Shown one piece after another: positions 57,926 through 64,000 of a stretch of 64,000 bases of DNA; position 1 is the first letter of the stretch, and each line of letters starts with the position of its first letter. The notes beneath the pieces are model-generated. The model saw only the letters and a program-made list of their open reading frames with translations, made no database searches and was not told the origin of the DNA. Both the position numbers and the translations under genes were made by a program. Source of the DNA: an uncultured archaeon (GTDB taxonomy: Archaea; Thermoplasmatota; Penumbrarchaeia; JASLWR01); NCBI GenBank assembly GCA_964430885.1, contig CAYSHM010000012.1:29188-93187 (forward strand), given 5' to 3'.

Positions 57926-58321
57926 TTATCTTTTTATTCGAAGCAGATCCATCTTTTCATCAAAGCGTTTCTCATATTCGGTTCCCAATTTCCAGGACAA
58001 GACCTCCAGGTCTTCCTGGTTTTTAATAAATTGTTTCTTTGAATTGGTATCTATGAGTTCTTCAAATTCTCTTCTCTTCTTCAAATAATCAAAAAACATT
58101 ATGGCGCATATTAAAGTGCCGATGGCAGCGAATATGAAAATCCACCAGTTCCAAGCTCCCACTGCATCTGCAAATGATGCCATAACCCCAACATTCCAAA
58201 CACCAAAAACTGGATCTCCGCATATTGTAAAGAAAAGTGCTGCAACACTGAGTCCTAAACCGGCCAATGAAATCCAAAAGCGGTTATCCTTCATAGTCTG
58301 TCTAAATCCCTTATCCGACAA
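57926..58321 (-). CDS. Small two-TM membrane protein (DUF3198-like)
   Basis: Two TMs then FEELIDTNSKKQFIKNQEDLE.L.WKLG; GGGGTGA SD with TTG start. Confidence 0.55.
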   Translation of the reverse strand: MSDKGFRQTMKDNRFWISLAGLGLSVAALFFTICGDPVFGVWNVGVMASFADAVGAWNWWIFIFAAIGTLICAIMFFDYLKKRREFEELIDTNSKKQFIKNQEDLEVLSWKLGTEYEKRFDEKMDLLRIKR

Positions 58322-58534
58322 TTATTCACCCCGACTGTATATTTAAGCATATGATAACCACCCTCAATCTCATTCATCTTAAAAAATCTTTCTCCCAAAT
58401 ATGAGTACATGGCGGGATATCTTACAATAAAATGATCCGCCGATTTACCAGGGAAGAAGGAACAAAATGAATCAGTTAATTTCCATAAGGAAATAGGGAT
58501 ATGAATTTAATGCCTCGGTATATAAACGGCGCTT

Positions 58535-58993
58535 CTATAATCTTCTTGTATAATTAAGCCATCTTTTGGCTTCTTCAACATATCTTTTCCTATCCCTTTC
58601 CCTGATATAGTACATGTCATCTTCCTCCAAACCCTGGGAATAGATTATGTCCAATAGCTCCACTTTTGCTCTTTTATATTTCAATGCCTTTTCTATTATT
58701 TCGTCACCCTGTTTTCTGGAATAATTCTCTTTCGAAAGGTATGATCTCATGGAGGATAATTTATTTTCCAAAATGGATATAATCCTGATAATATCCTTCC
58801 TCTTATCCTTGGATTCGATTTCAGCTCCGGCTAGCTTATAGAGGCTTCTCAGATCGATTTTCTCACTGTTCATCATTATGAAATCCGCGGGATCCACACC
58901 TATAATTGAAAAAAGTGAATCCATCTCATCTAGAAACCGTTTCCTCTCAGAAACGGATACGGGTGCATTTCCTGTCATATCTATCAACTTCAT
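58535..58993 (-). CDS. Conserved archaeal helical protein (DUF5788-like)
   Basis: Start overlaps the dys stop (ATGA); ERKRFL..F..IG..P..I.L..KRA..L..KRWL pattern. Confidence 0.45.
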   Translation of the reverse strand: MKLIDMTGNAPVSVSERKRFLDEMDSLFSIIGVDPADFIMMNSEKIDLRSLYKLAGAEIESKDKRKDIIRIISILENKLSSMRSYLSKENYSRKQGDEIIEKALKYKRAKVELLDIIYSQGLEEDDMYYIRERDRKRYVEEAKRWLNYTRRL

Positions 58994-59952
58994 TTCAGCA
59001 TGCTGTGAATATAGTTCACCAGGATCGGCAGGATAAGGGTCGCTTCTCCTTCAACGGTGACATAATTTGCATTTTCTTTGAGCTTTCCCCAGGAGATGGC
59101 TTCTCTTAGCTGAGCACCGCTTAATGAACCGTCGTACTCCACCGCTGTGGTTATGTAAACTGCGTTGTCCAAACCATCCCTGAACTGGTTCCACCATATT
59201 GTGTGATGCTTGGATATTCCTCCCCCTATCATGAATGCCGAAGTAGCTTTGGCATCAAATACAATATCTGACAGTTCCTGTTCATCTTTAAGAATGTCAA
59301 TATTGAAATCCCTGTACATCTGTTTGAATAGCCAAAGCTGATATCCGAAGGCACCATCGGTAATGCCGGGTACATAAACAGGTATGTTGTTCTTGCTGCA
59401 CCAATAGAGTATGGATGATCTATCATCTACTCTGGCACCGAATTCATGAATGATCTCTCTGGGGGATAGGTTATTTTTGCCTTCATCGTATAATTCCTTC
59501 AAAATCGGCTGCATCTTCTGTTCCAGGACTATTCCGTAGCATTCATTGGGTATGAAAATGTTTCCAAGGCGGTTAATATTACGGTGATATAGCTCTGTAT
59601 CATCCATCCTGAAATCCCCATGGTAGTATTCGGCCCACACTCTTGCAAGATCGTGGTCCAAAGTCCCGCATGTGGTCATCAATACATCAACGAGATTGTT
59701 CTCTACCAAATACCTGATAACTCCTCTAGCGCCAGTAGATATGATACAGGCTGGAAATGATAAAAATACTGTATTGTCCTTTTCCTCTATCATATCCAAT
59801 AGTATATCCCCGGCTACAGCGACCTTTTTCGTGGAAAAACCACCGCTTCTCCTGTATATTTCCATCAGCTCTTTTACAGTAAGGTCGTCGGCAATTTCCA
59901 TGTCCTCAACAATAATCAGTTCATCGTAATTATATTTTGAATTATTTTTCAT
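58990..59952 (-). CDS. dys: Deoxyhypusine synthase
   Basis: GGF, ISTGARG, TTCGTLDHD, INRLGN, PGITDGAFG, GGGISKHH, DGSLSGA..EAISWGK. Confidence 0.95.
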   Translation of the reverse strand: MKNNSKYNYDELIIVEDMEIADDLTVKELMEIYRRSGGFSTKKVAVAGDILLDMIEEKDNTVFLSFPACIISTGARGVIRYLVENNLVDVLMTTCGTLDHDLARVWAEYYHGDFRMDDTELYHRNINRLGNIFIPNECYGIVLEQKMQPILKELYDEGKNNLSPREIIHEFGARVDDRSSILYWCSKNNIPVYVPGITDGAFGYQLWLFKQMYRDFNIDILKDEQELSDIVFDAKATSAFMIGGGISKHHTIWWNQFRDGLDNAVYITTAVEYDGSLSGAQLREAISWGKLKENANYVTVEGEATLILPILVNYIHSMLK

Positions 59953-60253
59953 AATGATCTACTATCCTTTAATGTCTCCAATCTTCCATAGCTATTGCCA
60001 TTTATCAGAAATATGGTATCAATGGTGCATTTTGATGGATAATATCAATATATGTTATATATTCCCTGGGGAATTACAAAACAAATTTCATATTTTAAGA
60101 TTCAATGCAGGATTGAAATCTCTGAATTCGTGTTGGATAATTATGATATATTGATTTCAAAGCTTGTACAATAATATTTAAATAAACCGTATTGGGCTTA
60201 ATAATACATAGACATATGAATTTGGGTATTGAAAGGTATTACCATATGATCAG

Positions 60254-63200
60254 ATGGAAAGGGAAAACGATAATATGCCTTCTTTTACAATCACCAAGAG
60301 ATTTATGAATGAAAAAAATGTTCAAAGATTGACGGCCCTTATCATTATAGCTGCTTTTCTTTCAATACAATCAGTTAGCAGTATCAATCCTGATATCTTA
60401 ATGATAAACAAAGAAAATGTGGGCATTGATAATCCCCAAGGTTCGACTGGAGTCAGAACTGATCATGGAATTACTGAAATCAATTCCCATCTATTCTTCA
60501 CCCATTTGGAATTCAGAGATATATCATCAAACGGAAAGGGTCTCTGGGCCATTACGGATGATCTGCTTTTCCATTTACATGATTCCGCGAATTTAATGAA
60601 GGTATACGAGGTGGAACTGAATGATGAACATGATGAATTATTACAGCTCCATGCCGGTATGAACACATTATTCATTTTAACCTTGGATACTTTTTATATT
60701 TATGATTACAAGGATGGATCATTTGACGAACTGGTCCTTCCTGGCGGGTTGGAGTCTGAAAATGTAGTAACATTCCATGGTTCAACGTGGACTGATGAGG
60801 AAGGGGGATATCACCAATCCTTTTTCCTAATGACATCAGGCGATAGTGAGAGTAAGCTCCTCTGTTATGATATCTCTGACAGGGACAAGGTAATTAAGAA
60901 ATACGAAGAGAAAATACCCCAAGGAAGCAGTGATTATATTTGGTCTGATTTTTTATTGGATATCGGCTTGGCGGTTTTCAATGAAAAACAGTATTTGATA
61001 GACCATGATGGAGTAAGAGATGTCAGCGGACTGGAGAACTCCTTGGCAGGCGGTCTTTCTCATTATTCGAAGAGTTCCGACGTCGGGAAGTATCATTTGT
61101 CAGTACTCTTTAAGGAAGGAGTTGGGAAGATGGAGCTCTCTGAAAGTGATGTGGTGGGTCAAGAGCCTCAGTTATCAGGCCCCGGTGTTGACCTTATCTG
61201 GGAATCCGGATCGGGCAAAGGTGAAGTGGTCATGGATGTTCAGGGTCATGAATTCCTGCTTATTTATGATGATACTATGGTTTATTACGACGGTACGAGG
61301 ACCAATACAATTCCCGATATGGGTGCAGGGGAATTGATTTTAACTGAAGAGATGGGATTCATATTGGAAAATGGGGACCTTCTCAGTTTATCTTTTGATA
61401 ATTTGAATCTGGACCTGCTGAAATTTGATATGCCTGGGAAGGATCCTTTGACCATAGTATCCCTAGGTGATGGAATAGTAACCTCTGATGAAGTCTCCAT
61501 TTCCTGGCTTAAGAATCTAGAAGGGGATTATTCATCCTGGGTAATTTATGAGGAGATAGAAGGCGAACCCGTTAGTCAAGCGGTTATGAGAAAGTCAAAT
61601 GACGGTAGATTGCTTCTATTTTTGAATGGTAAGGTTTTTCAGGGTAGGGAAAATGGAGATTCATTGGAATGGGAGTCGATCCTGGAGACATCAATGGAAA
61701 ATTTGATTAGCATGGCCATCAACGGCAATGATCTTGCTCTTCAAAATTCCGCAGTTATCAGTATTATTGATACCGGGACGGGTACTTCGGTGTTCAATTT
61801 CACCTCGGATATTCAAATAGGTAATTTTCTCAAAATGATTGAAGATCCCATAGAGAACAGTTTTTGGTTTCTCTCTGGAAATGGTTTCGGCTCCATAACT
61901 CCTTTCAACGGCAGCTATGCTGCAGAGTTTTTTTCAAAGGATTTGGTGGAAGGGGATGAGATGAGGGATATCGGACTGAATAATAAGGCAGTTTGGGTTC
62001 TGACCGAGGACGGGGTTGGCGCTCACTATAGAATTACTGGTGAGCGGGAAAACAAAACCTTCGACTTTTGGCAGAAGAATTCACATCCTAAGAGAATGCT
62101 GGTTCTGAATGATGAGCTCTTTGTAGTAGGTGAGGAAGTAGTGCGCATAGGTTTATTGGCAGCTGAATCCGAATTTGAGATTTTAAATTTTGGAAATGGA
62201 TTAAGAAATCGAATTACAGATATTTCCCTGTCATCAAGCTTCTCCGACGGCTCAAAGGTTATCAATATTTTGGAAGGGGATAATATTCGATGGTTCAATA
62301 CTACCAAGAGCCTTTGGCGTTCTCTTTCCACTTCAAATGGTCTGGCTTCCAATGATGTCCGGCAGGTCACCGAGGATCCGTACTCCAACGATGTTTGGGT
62401 GGCAGCCTATGGGGGAGTTACCAAATATGACAAGATCAATTCATCCTTTCAGGTGCTGACCTCAGATGACGGATTGTCTAATAATTTTGTCTATACCGCC
62501 TACGCTGATGAACATGGTATCTGGCTTGGTACTGATGGCGGAGGAGTGTGTATTTTGGATCGTGATGGAGGCTGGACTACACTCAGCAAGGATGACGGAT
62601 TGGCTGAAACAGATGTTCTTATGATCAAACCGGCTTATGAGGAGAAGTACTGGTTCTGTACTGATGGTGGATTGAGCCTTTACGATAGAGAAGAGGGTAC
62701 ATTTGATAATTTCAAGTACCCTGGAGATATTGCCGGAGAGTGGGTATGGGATATTGATTATCATGACGGGAAAGTATATGTGGCATCTGATAAAGGAATA
62801 TCGATTATGGATAACAAAACAGGGGATTGGACACGGTTCTATAGGCCTCTGGATATGCCTGCACATGAGGTATTTTCCATAGATATTTTCAGGTATGATT
62901 CCTTTCTTTACATGTGGGCAGGGACCTCTAGCGGTGCTGTCTGCTTCAATATGGACAATGATGATTGGAAAGTGATCAATCAGGAGGATGGATTGGAAGA
63001 CATCAATGTAAAGGAGGTTTTCTTTGACGGCGAAAAGGTTTGGGTTGGGACAGGCTACGGGATCTATCTATTTTCGCCGTCAGGTGAAATGCAAGGTGAT
63101 TACAGGAGAGGAGATGGCTTGGTCCATAACAAGGTGGAAGGGATCAGCAAATATGGATCTATTGTTTATATTGCAACTTCAGGAGGTGTTTCCATATTCA

Positions 63201-63829
63201 ACGAGATGGGAACAAGTAATTCCATTTCCGAAGCGTATATGGCAAGAAACCAGGGCCAAGTAGATATCGAGTTGTTATCTTACTCTATGAATCTCGTGAA
63301 TCCAGAAGGAATGGGTAAGAATATTCCAGGTACAAATAGCGCCTATGAGATGATTGTGAACATATCGTTCATGAGTGATTTCCAGTTGCCCTTTGATATA
63401 ATTGTTTCCAATAGAGGATTTTCACCACCTATAGAATCAAGAAAGGATTATTATTTATCAAATATGGAAGCACTTGGATCAGATGAAACGGATACTGATA
63501 ATATGATGCTTGTAATGACGGATAATTTCGCAATTGTACGCATTTACCCCAATTCAGGACTGAATTCAATGAATGATACAATTAAACTAAAAGTCGCCGA
63601 TGGCGATGATCTGTACATTTTTTGTGACGCACATGATAGCATTCCTGAAATTGATGAAAGCAACAATATGATAGTTGCATCTGTAGACATTCCTGTTGAA
63701 AATGAAAAAGAATTTGATGAAGCAGAGAATGATGGAAATCCTTTGTTCATAGCTTTGGCATTTGGTTCTTTTTTATTGGGTATAATATTGGCTCTATTGA
63801 TTCGGAGGAGGAATAGAAAGAACAAATGA
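60254..63829 (+). CDS. Surface protein with two-component-regulator-type beta-propeller repeats, CARDB-like C-terminal domain and TM anchor
   Basis: Repeats GLASNDV / GLSNNFV / GLVHNKV with W.GT.GG; IPEIDESNN (CARDB-like); TM then RRRNRKNK. Confidence 0.75.
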   Translation: MERENDNMPSFTITKRFMNEKNVQRLTALIIIAAFLSIQSVSSINPDILMINKENVGIDNPQGSTGVRTDHGITEINSHLFFTHLEFRDISSNGKGLWAITDDLLFHLHDSANLMKVYEVELNDEHDELLQLHAGMNTLFILTLDTFYIYDYKDGSFDELVLPGGLESENVVTFHGSTWTDEEGGYHQSFFLMTSGDSESKLLCYDISDRDKVIKKYEEKIPQGSSDYIWSDFLLDIGLAVFNEKQYLIDHDGVRDVSGLENSLAGGLSHYSKSSDVGKYHLSVLFKEGVGKMELSESDVVGQEPQLSGPGVDLIWESGSGKGEVVMDVQGHEFLLIYDDTMVYYDGTRTNTIPDMGAGELILTEEMGFILENGDLLSLSFDNLNLDLLKFDMPGKDPLTIVSLGDGIVTSDEVSISWLKNLEGDYSSWVIYEEIEGEPVSQAVMRKSNDGRLLLFLNGKVFQGRENGDSLEWESILETSMENLISMAINGNDLALQNSAVISIIDTGTGTSVFNFTSDIQIGNFLKMIEDPIENSFWFLSGNGFGSITPFNGSYAAEFFSKDLVEGDEMRDIGLNNKAVWVLTEDGVGAHYRITGERENKTFDFWQKNSHPKRMLVLNDELFVVGEEVVRIGLLAAESEFEILNFGNGLRNRITDISLSSSFSDGSKVINILEGDNIRWFNTTKSLWRSLSTSNGLASNDVRQVTEDPYSNDVWVAAYGGVTKYDKINSSFQVLTSDDGLSNNFVYTAYADEHGIWLGTDGGGVCILDRDGGWTTLSKDDGLAETDVLMIKPAYEEKYWFCTDGGLSLYDREEGTFDNFKYPGDIAGEWVWDIDYHDGKVYVASDKGISIMDNKTGDWTRFYRPLDMPAHEVFSIDIFRYDSFLYMWAGTSSGAVCFNMDNDDWKVINQEDGLEDINVKEVFFDGEKVWVGTGYGIYLFSPSGEMQGDYRRGDGLVHNKVEGISKYGSIVYIATSGGVSIFNEMGTSNSISEAYMARNQGQVDIELLSYSMNLVNPEGMGKNIPGTNSAYEMIVNISFMSDFQLPFDIIVSNRGFSPPIESRKDYYLSNMEALGSDETDTDNMMLVMTDNFAIVRIYPNSGLNSMNDTIKLKVADGDDLYIFCDAHDSIPEIDESNNMIVASVDIPVENEKEFDEAENDGNPLFIALAFGSFLLGIILALLIRRRNRKNK

Positions 63830-64000
63830 TTGATTTTTCATTGAAATTATCAATTCATTGGGTCAATTCTAATTAATAAAATATTGTTCATTAAGTTGGG
63901 AAATCATCGGTATCCTTTTATTATGAGCTTCATAGGTTTTATTTGATTCTTAGCATCGAGTGGTATAAATAATTTTTTCAAGTAGATAAAGCTTGATTCC

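Noticed and set aside
1-64000. CRISPR arrays, IS elements, rRNA genes
   Set aside because: No regularly spaced repeats, transposase motifs or rRNA-like sequence recognised. Most short ORFs in the track are shadow ORFs of the genes listed.

Overview
This is an ordinary chromosomal segment of an archaeon, most likely Thermoplasmatota. The evidence is PriL, SepF, DtdA, Dph6, deoxyhypusine synthase, a geranylgeranyl reductase, L40e, DUF373/DUF6015/DUF3198-like genes and an intronless tRNA-Pro(TGG). Housekeeping genes alternate with seven very large single-pass surface proteins, together about 28.7 kb or roughly 45% of the window. These include two C25 (gingipain-like) proteases and one ectodomain fused to a cytoplasmic double winged-HTH. 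The most striking oddity is a compact three-gene phage/contractile-injection-system baseplate-wedge operon (gp25-like, baseplate J-like, gpI-like; 34483-37658). It lies between pyrG and the C25 proteases, with no sheath, tube, spike, capsid or integrase gene recognised anywhere in the window. Other leads are a tandem pair of paralogous CorA-like (stalk + 2TM) proteins whose second gene lacks a normal start, poly-Pro and Trp-acidic cytoplasmic tails on the surface proteins, a Dph6 gene coupled to a stand-alone glutaminase, and a bacterial-type NAD-dependent ligase head-to-head with xth. All family calls come from motif recognition by eye; no searches were run.
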